Shown here in pieces: positions 10,915 through 20,649 of a stretch of DNA of 32,000 nucleotides. The notes under the pieces were generated by a model. The model saw only the letters and a program-made list of their open reading frames with translations, was not told the origin of the DNA and searched no databases. Position 1 is the stretch's first letter, and every line of letters begins with the position of its first letter. The stretch spans positions 1 through 32,000 of the forward strand of contig NZ_JHXR01000004.1 of assembly GCF_000621645.1 (NCBI RefSeq), written 5' to 3'. This DNA is from Vibrio cholerae ATCC 14035 (lineage in GTDB: Bacteria; Pseudomonadota; Gammaproteobacteria; Enterobacterales; Vibrionaceae). The translations under genes were made by a program, and so were the position numbers.

Positions 10915-12636
10915 TTACAGCTTTTGTGTCAGCTTGTGATAACGACCGTGCTGGGCGAGGAGAGTATGGTGATGACCATATTCGACCAACTGGCCCTGTT
11001 CAATCAGCGCAATCGCATCCATCTGTTCAAGGTTGACCAGACGATGAGTGATAAACAGCACGGTTTTGTGACCGAAATGACCATGCAACAGTTGCATGAT
11101 GTGCTGCTCGGTTTGCTTGTCCAACCCTTCGGTCGGTTCATCAAGCAGTATGATTGGAGCGTTATGCAGTAGTGCTCGCGCAATGCCGATCCTACGTTTT
11201 TCTCCACCGGATAACTGACGGCCACCTTCGCCAAGCCAAGTATTGAGCGCGGCATCTTGTAGCAATTTCTCTAGACCGACTTGTTGCAGAATATCACTGA
11301 GCGCTTCATCGGTTGCGTCCGGTTTCGCCAATTTCAGGTTATCGCGCAGCGTGCCATTGAGAATATCCACCCGTTGACTGACCACGCTGATGGCGGCACG
11401 AAGATCGCTCTCGCGCCATTCTCGAATGTCTGTTCCACCAATCGTGATCTGACCCTGCTGTACATCCCAATAGCGGCAAAGGAGCTGAATTAAGGTCGAT
11501 TTTCCTGAGCCGGTTTGGCCGACAATCGCCACTTTCTGACCTTGAGCGAGAGTCAAAGTAAAGTCATCAATGGCCTTGGGTTTATTCGCTTGGTAAGCAA
11601 AGTGGACGCCATTGAATTCAATGTTGTATTGGCCATTATGCGCGGTTGGTTGCGCGGTAAACTCGACCTCAGGTTTGGCTAGAATTATCTCATTTAAGCG
11701 GCGAGCCGAGGTGAGAGTCTGCCCCAAATGCTGGAATGCGCCGGCAATAGGCATCAATAACTCGACGCTGGCCATGGTTGCAAAAGCCACCAGTGCAATC
11801 AGCGGATCCGGAGTTTGCCCACCCACGCCATCGGCGGCCAGCCAGATCATCAGTACCAGTGTCCAACCATTGGCAAGCAACAGTAACGATTGAGCCAGTC
11901 CTGAGACTTGTGCGTTAACGTATTGGTTACGCAGCAGTTTGTCTTGCGCCGTTAAGATTGCCTGACGATAGGTTTGTTCTGCACCGAAAATGGTTAGTTC
12001 ACTGTAACCTTGTAACCAATCTAGCGTGCGAACGCGCAATTCCGCTTTATTCTGCGTTAAGTGTGGACCATTCTTTTTCCCCAAGCGGTAAAAAAGCGTG
12101 GGCCACACCAGCAAAACCAGAAGCAAGATTGCACCTAAGGTCATGCCAAGCTGCGGATCAAACCAAGCAATCAATGTGGTGAGAGCCGCAATACCCAGCA
12201 CACCGACCGTGACTGGGTTGATTAAACGTAAATAGACATGGTCCATGGCATCCACATCGGCCACGATGCGGTTGAGCATATCGGCATCGCGCACCGCGCT
12301 CAGACGTCCCGGGATAAGCGGTGTCAGTTTCTCAAAGAAAAACACTCGCAAATCAGTGAGCAGCTTGAAGGTGGCGTTGTGAGTAACGACACGCTCGCCC
12401 CAACGCCCTGCGGTGCGTCCCATGGCAAAACCGCGTACAAAGGCGCCGGGTAGCATGTAGTTAAAGGTCTCTCGGGCAATACTGAGTCCGGCCACGGCGG
12501 CCGCAGACAAAAACCAGCCGGATAACGTCAGCAGTCCAATCGAAGCGAGAACGGTCAGCAACGCCAGCAGCATGCCAAGGGTAAGACCGAACCAGTGTTT
12601 TTTATACAGTTTTAGGTAAGGCAGCAGGTCACGCAT
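10915..12636 (-). CDS. cydC: Thiol reductant ABC exporter subunit CydC
   Basis: 573 aa with 6 TM segments plus an ABC ATPase (Walker A GQTGSGKST, signature LSGGEKRR, Walker B ILLDEP). Its start overlaps the cydD stop by 8 nt. Confidence 0.92.
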   Translation of the reverse strand: MRDLLPYLKLYKKHWFGLTLGMLLALLTVLASIGLLTLSGWFLSAAAVAGLSIARETFNYMLPGAFVRGFAMGRTAGRWGERVVTHNATFKLLTDLRVFFFEKLTPLIPGRLSAVRDADMLNRIVADVDAMDHVYLRLINPVTVGVLGIAALTTLIAWFDPQLGMTLGAILLLVLLVWPTLFYRLGKKNGPHLTQNKAELRVRTLDWLQGYSELTIFGAEQTYRQAILTAQDKLLRNQYVNAQVSGLAQSLLLLANGWTLVLMIWLAADGVGGQTPDPLIALVAFATMASVELLMPIAGAFQHLGQTLTSARRLNEIILAKPEVEFTAQPTAHNGQYNIEFNGVHFAYQANKPKAIDDFTLTLAQGQKVAIVGQTGSGKSTLIQLLCRYWDVQQGQITIGGTDIREWRESDLRAAISVVSQRVDILNGTLRDNLKLAKPDATDEALSDILQQVGLEKLLQDAALNTWLGEGGRQLSGGEKRRIGIARALLHNAPIILLDEPTEGLDKQTEQHIMQLLHGHFGHKTVLFITHRLVNLEQMDAIALIEQGQLVEYGHHHTLLAQHGRYHKLTQKL

Positions 12637-14416
12637 CGAGATCCCCTTTGTTGGCAGCTTGTAGCGCTTGGTTAGCGGCTAACATAGTGGCAAATAAACC
12701 AGATTGCTGGCTTAAGTCTTCAAAATGTCCTGCTTGTACCAGCAAGCCATTTTCCATCACTAAGATCTGCTCGACCGATTGCAGCGGTTGCAACTGGTGA
12801 GTGACAAATAACGCAGTGCGTTGCTGAATGCTTTCGGTCAGTCCACGCATCACATATTGCTCACTGCGCGCATCTAAGCTTGCCGTGGGTTCATCGAGTA
12901 ACCAAAAGCGGCCATTTTGCAAAATAGCGCGAGCGAGGGCGAGGCGTTGGGCTTGACCCACGGAAAGCCCCGCAGAGCGATCACTGATCGTGTAATCCAA
13001 ACCCTGCTGCTCAACAAACTCTTGGGCATAAGCTGCTTGCAGAGCCTGTGTGACTTGATCATCGGCGATATTGTGTTTGCCTAGCGTCACGTTGTCGCGA
13101 ATGGTGCCATGCAGCAGCAGAGGATTTTGCCCAACCCAACTGATGGTTTGTCGCCACTGCGCATGATCTAACTCGCGCAATTCAATGCCGTTAATGGTTA
13201 AGCTGCCTTGGTAGGGCATAAAGCCTAATATGGTATTGATTAAGCTGGTTTTGCCTGCGCCACTTGGCCCGACGAGAGCGGTGGTTTTGCCGCTTTGCAA
13301 CGTAAATGAGAGCGGGCCTGCTAAGCGTTTGCCTTGTGGACTAAGAACGACCAGATCATTGGCGATAATTTCAATATCGTCGTTATCGGTGAGATGACGC
13401 TCTCCGCTGTGTAAGGTATCCACTTCGGTTTGCAGAAAATCGACGATCGATTCGGCTGCGCCCACCGCGAGTTGTTTGGCGTGGTAATAGGTTCCGAGAT
13501 CGCGCAGCGGCTGATAAAACTCCGGAGCAAGGATTAACACAAATAGTCCAGCAAACAGAGTGACACTCGCGCCGTAATAACCGAAGTTGAGTTCACCAAT
13601 GTAGCTAAAGCCAAAGTACACGGCGGTCAGTGCAATGGAGATCGAGGTGAAAAACTCTAATACTGCAGAAGAGAGGAACGCGATCCGCAGTACATCCATA
13701 GTGCGATGGCGAAACACTTCTGAAGCGCCGCGCATGTGCTCGGTTTCTGCTGTGGTGCGATCGAATAGACGAATAGTGGTCAGGGCTTGCAAGCGATCAT
13801 AAAAATGCCCGGATAAACGCTGCAGAGCTTTAAAGTTTTTCCGGCTGGCATCGGCGGCTTTAATTCCAACTAACGCCATAAAGAGTGGCACCAATGGCGC
13901 TGTGATCAAAAAAATCAGTCCTGCCGCCCAGTTCACTGGGAAGACGACGGCAAGGATCACAAACGGTACCAAAACCGAAAGAGACATCTGGGGGAGATAG
14001 CGAGCAAAGAAATCGTGCATGTTTTCGACTTGCTCAAGCATTAAGGCTGCCCATGAGCCGGCCGGTTTGCCTTTGATATAGGCTGGCCCTAAGTCGCGTA
14101 ACTTGTCTAGGATTAGCTGTCGAATATAACGGCGGATCTCTTCTCCACAACGAAAACCAGCGATTTCGCGTCCCCAAGAGCAGAGCGCACGCACGGCAAT
14201 GAGTGCAGCCAAGCCAAAGAAGTGTGGAATGAGCAGATGTTTATCGACCTGTTCAATAATCAGCTGATGCAGAATTGATGCAAGGAGTGCGGCTTGCGCC
14301 ACCAGAAATAGGCTTGATAACACACCCAACCCAACAGCTATTGCGAGCCAGCGCTTAGCCAGTTTGCTTTGCTGCTTGAGCCAGAGATTCAAGCTACGCT
14401 GTTTTTTCTTGTCCAT
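12629..14416 (-). CDS. cydD: Thiol reductant ABC exporter subunit CydD
   Basis: Walker A GPSGAGKTS, signature LSVGQAQR, Walker B WLLDEP. I prefer start ATG 14416 (MDKKKQRSLNLWLKQQ). The track start 14467 adds 17 aa that abut the trxB terminator. Confidence 0.9.
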   Translation of the reverse strand: MDKKKQRSLNLWLKQQSKLAKRWLAIAVGLGVLSSLFLVAQAALLASILHQLIIEQVDKHLLIPHFFGLAALIAVRALCSWGREIAGFRCGEEIRRYIRQLILDKLRDLGPAYIKGKPAGSWAALMLEQVENMHDFFARYLPQMSLSVLVPFVILAVVFPVNWAAGLIFLITAPLVPLFMALVGIKAADASRKNFKALQRLSGHFYDRLQALTTIRLFDRTTAETEHMRGASEVFRHRTMDVLRIAFLSSAVLEFFTSISIALTAVYFGFSYIGELNFGYYGASVTLFAGLFVLILAPEFYQPLRDLGTYYHAKQLAVGAAESIVDFLQTEVDTLHSGERHLTDNDDIEIIANDLVVLSPQGKRLAGPLSFTLQSGKTTALVGPSGAGKTSLINTILGFMPYQGSLTINGIELRELDHAQWRQTISWVGQNPLLLHGTIRDNVTLGKHNIADDQVTQALQAAYAQEFVEQQGLDYTISDRSAGLSVGQAQRLALARAILQNGRFWLLDEPTASLDARSEQYVMRGLTESIQQRTALFVTHQLQPLQSVEQILVMENGLLVQAGHFEDLSQQSGLFATMLAANQALQAANKGDLDA

Positions 14417-14461
14417 TTTGAAAAGGCTTAATGAGAATAATAATTGTAATAGGCCGCCAGT

Positions 14462-14499
14462 ATACAAAGAAAAGCCCGGCGGTTATACCCGTCGGGCTT
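14462..14499 (-). terminator. trxB rho-independent terminator
   Basis: Minus strand: aagcccgac / 10-nt loop / gccgggctt (9-bp stem, one G-U pair) followed by TTCTTTGTATA. It lies 37 nt after the trxB stop. Confidence 0.6.
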
Positions 14500-14535
14500 G
14501 GCAAAAATAAAAACTGTCGTTACGCGAAGCGTAAG

Positions 14536-15525
<990 letters not shown>

Positions 15526-15966
15526 TCATGGCTTGAATTCGGAACTAAGACGCAAGCCAATGAAAATAATTGGACTCGATTGTAGGGAATATGGATGGCG
15601 AATAAAAGTGGTTCGCTGAGCATAAATCGTAATTGTTTATGCTCTTACGACGTGAAGCTAGCTCGTGTCGGTTCCACCTGATTCTCATGTTAGAGCGGGA
15701 TCCATGATGCATGGTTTTATGCTAATAGGCTGTCAATCTTCCTTATTTTCCATAAGGTAGTGAAAGCCTCTGGCTTTGCCTGTCTTCAGGTTGCGCTTTT
15801 GGATGTAGACACTGCTATTTTCAATTTATAAAGAATATAAAAACAAAATTTCAATCCTGATGGTTTATTGAGTCAAAAAATATTGTTTTTGCAAAATAAT
15901 CGATTAGTCTTAATTGTAAATAAAATGTGAAATTTATGGTGGTATGACTAACCCATTAAGGAGTCG

Positions 15967-16626
15967 ATGATGTTACGTTCTCACCCCAATACCCTACATA
16001 TCACTAAACTGAGTCATTCAGCGATTCATCAACTCGCTCCCTCTTTTGCGCATTTACCGCATACCAATCATGCGGACGGGCAGTATCGGCTACGTCGTTA
16101 CTCCGTGATCCGCTTTATTGATGGGCAAGTGGTTGAGTTGGACAAGCATGACTTTATGCAGACCGATCAAATTAACCATTTTCAAGGCAATGTGGTGCGC
16201 CGTTTCGAACCGTTACTCAGTACTACTTTAAAAAGTGACGGTATGCGTGAGTTGTGCGCGCTGTTTATGGAAGCCAACACACTTCCCGATGGTCAGGAAA
16301 TTGAGATCCATCAGATGCGGATCGCTGCGGTATTCGATGAAACCTTAGTCGCGCCGGAAGGGGTGCACCAAGATGGGTTTGATCATATTGCGATTGTTGG
16401 CATTGATCGCCACAACATTGTGGGTGGCGAAATCATGCTCTATCTCAGTAGTCATGAAGCGCCATTTTTCCGTAAAGTATTGGAAAATGGCGAAGTTGCG
16501 ATGTTGGCCGATAGCCAACTGTGGCACAACGCTTGCCCGATCCGCACGGTGGATCATCAACAAGAAGGGCATATGGATGTTTTTGTTTTGACTGCGAAGG
16601 ATGGCCGCCATGCGCTTCACTCCTGA
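15967..16626 (+). CDS. 2OG/Fe(II)-dependent oxygenase-like protein (PF10014-like, uncharacterised)
   Basis: 219 aa with an AAGGAG RBS at 15958-15963. The candidate facial triad is H134-x-D136 (GVHQDG, 16366-16374) plus a distal His187 (LWHNACP, 16525-16527). The family assignment is from memory of PF10014 members, not from a search. Confidence 0.7.
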   Translation: MMLRSHPNTLHITKLSHSAIHQLAPSFAHLPHTNHADGQYRLRRYSVIRFIDGQVVELDKHDFMQTDQINHFQGNVVRRFEPLLSTTLKSDGMRELCALFMEANTLPDGQEIEIHQMRIAAVFDETLVAPEGVHQDGFDHIAIVGIDRHNIVGGEIMLYLSSHEAPFFRKVLENGEVAMLADSQLWHNACPIRTVDHQQEGHMDVFVLTAKDGRHALHS

Positions 16627-17851
16627 GTCAGTGCGTCAGCAGTTTCCTGCGCTAGCGCAAATCGTCAATGATAAGCCTGTGGTGTTTTTCGATGGGCCAG
16701 GTGGTTCACAAGTGTCACAATCGGTGCTGGATGCCATGGTGGCTTATTTAGGTCGTTACAATGCCAATCTTGGTGGGCACTACTTTTCGAGCCAGAAAAC
16801 CGTGGAGTTAGTGCAAAGTGCTCGTGAGCATTTGCAAGCGCTGCTCAATGCCCCCAACCCAGAGTCGATTGTCTTTGGGGCAAACATGACGTCGCTGACT
16901 TTCCAGTTTAGCCGTGCGATCAGCCGTGATTGGCGAGTGGGCGATGAGGTGATTGTCACCGCATTGGATCACTATTCGAATGTTTCTAGCTGGCAACAAG
17001 CGGCTCAAGACAAAGGCGCAATAGTGCATCAGGCTCGCGTCAATACGGCGGACTGCACCTTAGATCAAGCGCATCTGCTTTCGTTGATTAATCCACGCAC
17101 CCGTTTAGTGGCAGTGACTTTTGCTTCCAATACCACGGGATCATTGGTTGAACTTGAATCTATTATTGAGGCGGCGCATCAGGTCGGGGCGATGGTGTAT
17201 GTCGATGCGGTGCACTATCTGCCGCATCACCTGCCGGATGTGCAGGCGCTGGGCTGTGATTTTCTGGCCTGTTCGGCCTATAAATTTTTTGGCCCTCACG
17301 TCGGGATTGTGTATGTAGCGCCGCAGTGGCAAAACACGATTCTGCCTTATAAAGTTGAGCCCGCAACCAATCAAGGGCCGGGACGTTTTGAAACCGGAAC
17401 GCTCAGTTTTGAAGGGCTGGCTGGTGTTATTGCTGCGGTGCAATATTTGGCGCAGTGGGGTGACCCGAGTTCTCGATTACGTGAGCGTTTGGTTGAGAGC
17501 TATCAGCAATATCAGCAGCATGAACAGCGCCTCAGTGAGTATTTTTTGCAAAAGCTCAGTGATATGCCAGCGCTGAAACTGCATGGTTTGCAACTGGCAG
17601 ATGCCGCGAAGCGAACACCGACGTTTGCGTTGACGTGTACAGACTGTACACCGCAGTCTATGGCGAAAATGCTCGGCGAACAGAATGTGTGCGTATGGAA
17701 TGGGCATTTCTATGCACTTGGGCTGGTTCGTCAATTAGGGCTTGAGTCAAGCGGTGGAGTACTACGCATCGGTCTGATGCACTACAACACCACAGAAGAA
17801 ATTGACCATCTATTTGCTCTTCTACGCGATGGTTTACCACAGCTTGCATAA
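16601..17851 (+). CDS. Class-V aminotransferase / cysteine desulfurase-like PLP enzyme (VC1184 subfamily)
   Basis: 416 aa. The PLP-lysine context is CSAYK (K228, 17282-17284). It is colinear with SufS/CsdA, but the catalytic motif GHHCA reads GHFYA (17702-17716). Its start overlaps the upstream gene by 26 nt, or 17 nt from the alternative ATG 16610. Confidence 0.85.
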   Translation: MAAMRFTPESVRQQFPALAQIVNDKPVVFFDGPGGSQVSQSVLDAMVAYLGRYNANLGGHYFSSQKTVELVQSAREHLQALLNAPNPESIVFGANMTSLTFQFSRAISRDWRVGDEVIVTALDHYSNVSSWQQAAQDKGAIVHQARVNTADCTLDQAHLLSLINPRTRLVAVTFASNTTGSLVELESIIEAAHQVGAMVYVDAVHYLPHHLPDVQALGCDFLACSAYKFFGPHVGIVYVAPQWQNTILPYKVEPATNQGPGRFETGTLSFEGLAGVIAAVQYLAQWGDPSSRLRERLVESYQQYQQHEQRLSEYFLQKLSDMPALKLHGLQLADAAKRTPTFALTCTDCTPQSMAKMLGEQNVCVWNGHFYALGLVRQLGLESSGGVLRIGLMHYNTTEEIDHLFALLRDGLPQLA

Positions 17852-17914
17852 GTCGTAAGCCCTTCTAGACATCTTTCACTTCTAGCGATATGCCTTTTCT
17901 ACTGATATTGACTC

Positions 17915-17940
17915 AGTGGGAAGGGTATACCCTTCCTACT
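17915..17940. repeat. 26-bp near-perfect palindrome downstream of the PLP-enzyme gene (terminator-like or REP-like)
   Basis: AGTGGGAAGGGTA|TACCCTTCCTACT. The core GGAAGGGTATACCCTTCC (17919-17936) is a perfect palindrome. A related motif lies at 23205-23228. Confidence 0.6.
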
Positions 17941-18108
17941 TGAAGCTTTAGCAAAAGGTGAAATGCCTCTGAAAAAGAAACCTTGAAATACTCTAGTCGA
18001 TGACAAGAACGCATCTAACCGCTATTTTTTGGAAGCAATCTCTCTTTATTGGGTGTCTTGTATTAAGAGAGAGCGTGTTAATGATGTGGCTTGACGCTGG
18101 AGTAGGTT

Positions 18109-19440
18109 GTGAAAGTGCTGCCAAGAGTGTTATTAGGATTAGTCGCGGTCACGATTGTGACCGTATTGCTGTACTGGCAGTTTGGTTCTGCGAAACGAGT
18201 GTTGATTGAACCTCAACACTATGCCTATTTCACCACCAACGATCAAACCGCTGGCGGCACATCAACCAGCGCCTTATCCCTCAATGGCAATACTGCCAAA
18301 GTGGACTGTGAATTGAATGCCAGTCGCTACGCGTGGCCATATTGTGGCATCTCTATTCACCTTAATCCCGACCCTCAACGTGGCCTCGATTTGAGTGATA
18401 TCCATACCATACGTCTTAACGTGGACTTGCAAGGCCCCGCTGCAGAGCCTGCGGCAATGCGTCTGTATTTACGTAATTTCAATCCGATCTACTCTCAGCT
18501 TGATGATGAATATACTCATAAATACAACGGATTAGAGTTTGTGCCGGGCGTTGGGAAAGGTGTGATTGATATTCCCATTCGCAGCTTGCAAGTAATGACG
18601 TGGTGGTTGGTTGATAATCGTATTGCCATTGAACACTCCGCTCCTGAGTTTTCCAACGTCAATAAAATTGAATTTGCGACCGGTTCAGCCAGTCCACTAG
18701 GGCAATATCAATTGACCGTGCATCAAGTGGAATTGATTGGGGATTATGTGGCTGGAGAGAAGCTGTTTCTTGCCATGTTGATCATGTGGGCGGTGGCAGG
18801 AGCATGGCTCTCTGCGCTCGAAATTCGTCGTAATCGTCGTGAGGTTTTACGTGCTCGTATGCGCCAAGAGCACTTACAGCGTTTGAATCACTCATTGCAT
18901 GAGCAAAACATAAAGTTCGTCGAAATGGCGCATCGTGATGCATTGACGGGAGCCATTAATCGGCATGGCATTCGTGATTGGTTGCAAGATCAAGCGCGCT
19001 TAGTGCGCTGGCAACTCAATCACGTTAGCGTACTGTTCATCGATATTGATTACTTCAAACAAGTCAACGATGTGTACGGACACAGTCTAGGGGATGATCT
19101 GCTGCGTGAGTTTGCTTTGGTTATCAGCCGTGAAATCCGAGAAAGTGACAAATTAGTGCGTTGGGGTGGGGAAGAGTTTGTGGTGTTTTGCGCGCAGACA
19201 ACCCTTGAGCAAGCGATTGAGCTTGCAGAGCGGCTTAGAGCTAAAATCGCCGACCACAGTTGGATACACGGAGGCGCGATCACGTGCAGTCTCGGTATTG
19301 CCCAAATGGGCGACGAGCGGATTACGGAAACCGTTTCACGCGCCGACGAAGCGTTATACCGAGCCAAACGGCTTGGCCGCAATCGAATCGAAGTTCACTA
19401 TGGATTAATGGCCAAAAGCAGTGATGGAGAAAAAGGGTGA
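18109..19440 (+). CDS. Membrane-bound diguanylate cyclase (2 TM, periplasmic sensor domain, GGDEF)
   Basis: GTG start with a GGAG RBS. TM1 spans aa 5-23, a periplasmic region spans about aa 24-217, and TM2 spans aa 218-238. The active site is GGEEF (19165-19179). The I-site RESD (19138-19149) lies exactly 5 residues upstream. Confidence 0.88.
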   Translation: MKVLPRVLLGLVAVTIVTVLLYWQFGSAKRVLIEPQHYAYFTTNDQTAGGTSTSALSLNGNTAKVDCELNASRYAWPYCGISIHLNPDPQRGLDLSDIHTIRLNVDLQGPAAEPAAMRLYLRNFNPIYSQLDDEYTHKYNGLEFVPGVGKGVIDIPIRSLQVMTWWLVDNRIAIEHSAPEFSNVNKIEFATGSASPLGQYQLTVHQVELIGDYVAGEKLFLAMLIMWAVAGAWLSALEIRRNRREVLRARMRQEHLQRLNHSLHEQNIKFVEMAHRDALTGAINRHGIRDWLQDQARLVRWQLNHVSVLFIDIDYFKQVNDVYGHSLGDDLLREFALVISREIRESDKLVRWGGEEFVVFCAQTTLEQAIELAERLRAKIADHSWIHGGAITCSLGIAQMGDERITETVSRADEALYRAKRLGRNRIEVHYGLMAKSSDGEKG

Positions 19441-19540
19441 GGACGGCACCAAGTCGTGTCTATCTAGCCTAAATTCAATCACTAAGAATGTTGCCGCAGG
19501 GTACGCGACAACATTCAGGGATTAGCTTATCGAGACGGAT

Positions 19541-20305
19541 TTATTCAGCGCTATTTGATGAGGTGTCATTTGACGTTGACTCGGTGTCACTCTCAACGAT
19601 GATCGGTTCTTTGGGACCGAGAAACTTAGGCTGAGTATCCAACACGAACAGATCAAAGACCGCATAAGCGCGCGCAAACACTTCTCGTAACCGCACTTTA
19701 AAACCAGAGTGGCTGCTTGGCCCCGGTACTGCTAGGCATGACGCCTGAATATCTTGGTAGCGGGCAATAAACAGCGCGCGCTCACAATGAAAGCGCTGAG
19801 TGATGATCAAGAAATTATCGGTATCGAAGATTTCCTTCGCGCGCACAATCGAATCGAGAGTACGAAACCCCGCATAATCTAACGAAATATTCTCTGCTGG
19901 AATGCCTGCGCGTAGCAAATCGCGTTTCATCGTCCACGGCTCATTGTACGAACGGTGGGCGTTATCACCACTGAGCAGAAAATTGCGGACTTTTCCTTGT
20001 TGATAAAGCGCTATCGCTGCATCAATCCGGTTGGTGTAGTACTCGTTGAGAGTCTTGCCTATGTATTTACTGGTGCCCAATACCACTGCAACCTGAAAAG
20101 GCGGAGTGTTTTGCGCATCATTAATAATGTTATTTTGTGTTTGCCAACTGACCCAGCGATCGATCGCGAGTAAGCCTGCGACAACCCCAATAGTCAGCCA
20201 CAGCAAAGTTTGGCTTAGTTTACGCCAAGGTAATCTTCGCAGGTGAGCCAGCGCAGAGAAAACGACGGCGCGCAGAGTTAGATTTGATGGTTTCTTTGTG
20301 CCCAT
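19541..20305 (-). CDS. sanA: Outer-membrane permeability protein SanA (DUF218 family)
   Basis: Strong colinearity with E. coli SanA (..LLSGDNA..SYNEP.TM..DL.., ..LDYAGFRTLDSIVR.., ..ITQRFHCERALFIA..). Confidence 0.9.
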   Translation of the reverse strand: MGTKKPSNLTLRAVVFSALAHLRRLPWRKLSQTLLWLTIGVVAGLLAIDRWVSWQTQNNIINDAQNTPPFQVAVVLGTSKYIGKTLNEYYTNRIDAAIALYQQGKVRNFLLSGDNAHRSYNEPWTMKRDLLRAGIPAENISLDYAGFRTLDSIVRAKEIFDTDNFLIITQRFHCERALFIARYQDIQASCLAVPGPSSHSGFKVRLREVFARAYAVFDLFVLDTQPKFLGPKEPIIVESDTESTSNDTSSNSAE

Positions 20306-20607
20306 AGGCCTATCACAACAAAGCAGCTTACGATAAGGGTCAGCATCATGCCGGATTCCAGTTGCGCGAGTGTCCGAGCAACGTAAGGGCTGGCCTTGAC
20401 GATGATTAAACCGTATCCAAACGCGTTAATAAAGATAAACGCTAACGTGCGCACCAGAAAATGTTGATTCCGTAATGCTCTACGCAAAAAGGCATTGATC
20501 TCACCACCGAGCATGACCAAAGTGCATGCGACCAGTGCAATCGAGATTTCGCTCAGGTAGGGGAGTAGAGCCTGACCTGCAGGAGCAAGATAAGTAAATA
20601 GTTGCAT
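20278..20607 (-). CDS. Small inner-membrane protein (about 109 aa, 3 predicted TM; DUF3392-like from memory)
   Basis: A hydrophobic ORF, MQLFTYLAPAG... I start it at ATG 20607 because the longer track ORF (20646) would read through the terminator-like hairpin at 20617-20638. Its 3' end overlaps the sanA start by 28 nt. Confidence 0.6.
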   Translation of the reverse strand: MQLFTYLAPAGQALLPYLSEISIALVACTLVMLGGEINAFLRRALRNQHFLVRTLAFIFINAFGYGLIIVKASPYVARTLAQLESGMMLTLIVSCFVVIGLWAQRNHQI

Positions 20608-20616
20608 GAGATTAGA

Positions 20617-20638
20617 AAGCCCCTGATTGCAGGGGCTT
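20617..20638 (-). terminator. GC-rich hairpin immediately after the maeA stop (terminator or attenuating stem)
   Basis: Minus strand: aagcccctg / caat / caggggctt (9-bp perfect stem, 4-nt loop). It is followed by a weak tail, TCTAATCTC. Confidence 0.45.
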
Positions 20639-20649
20639 CTCCGCATAAA

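Noticed and set aside
10836-14467. Plus-strand and nested ORFs within cydC/cydD (e.g. 10879-11172 +, 11612-11893 +, 12874-13062 -, 13321-13530 -)
   Set aside because: They are embedded in ABC-transporter genes with intact Walker and signature motifs, and have no independent signals.
15925-15950. CRP-like site near TGTGAAATTTATGG upstream of the oxygenase gene
   Set aside because: Only one TGTGA half-site is present and the TCACA half is missing.
18000-18209. 69-aa ORF upstream of and overlapping the GGDEF gene start, and an 8-bp hairpin at 18039-18072
   Set aside because: The ORF has no RBS and overlaps the GGDEF coding start out of frame. The hairpin is plausible 5' UTR structure but too weak to call.
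19486-19516. 12-bp stem (1 mismatch) hairpin between convergent GGDEF and sanA genes as a bidirectional terminator
   Set aside because: The stem is real, but there is no U-tract on either strand. I did not list it as a terminator feature.
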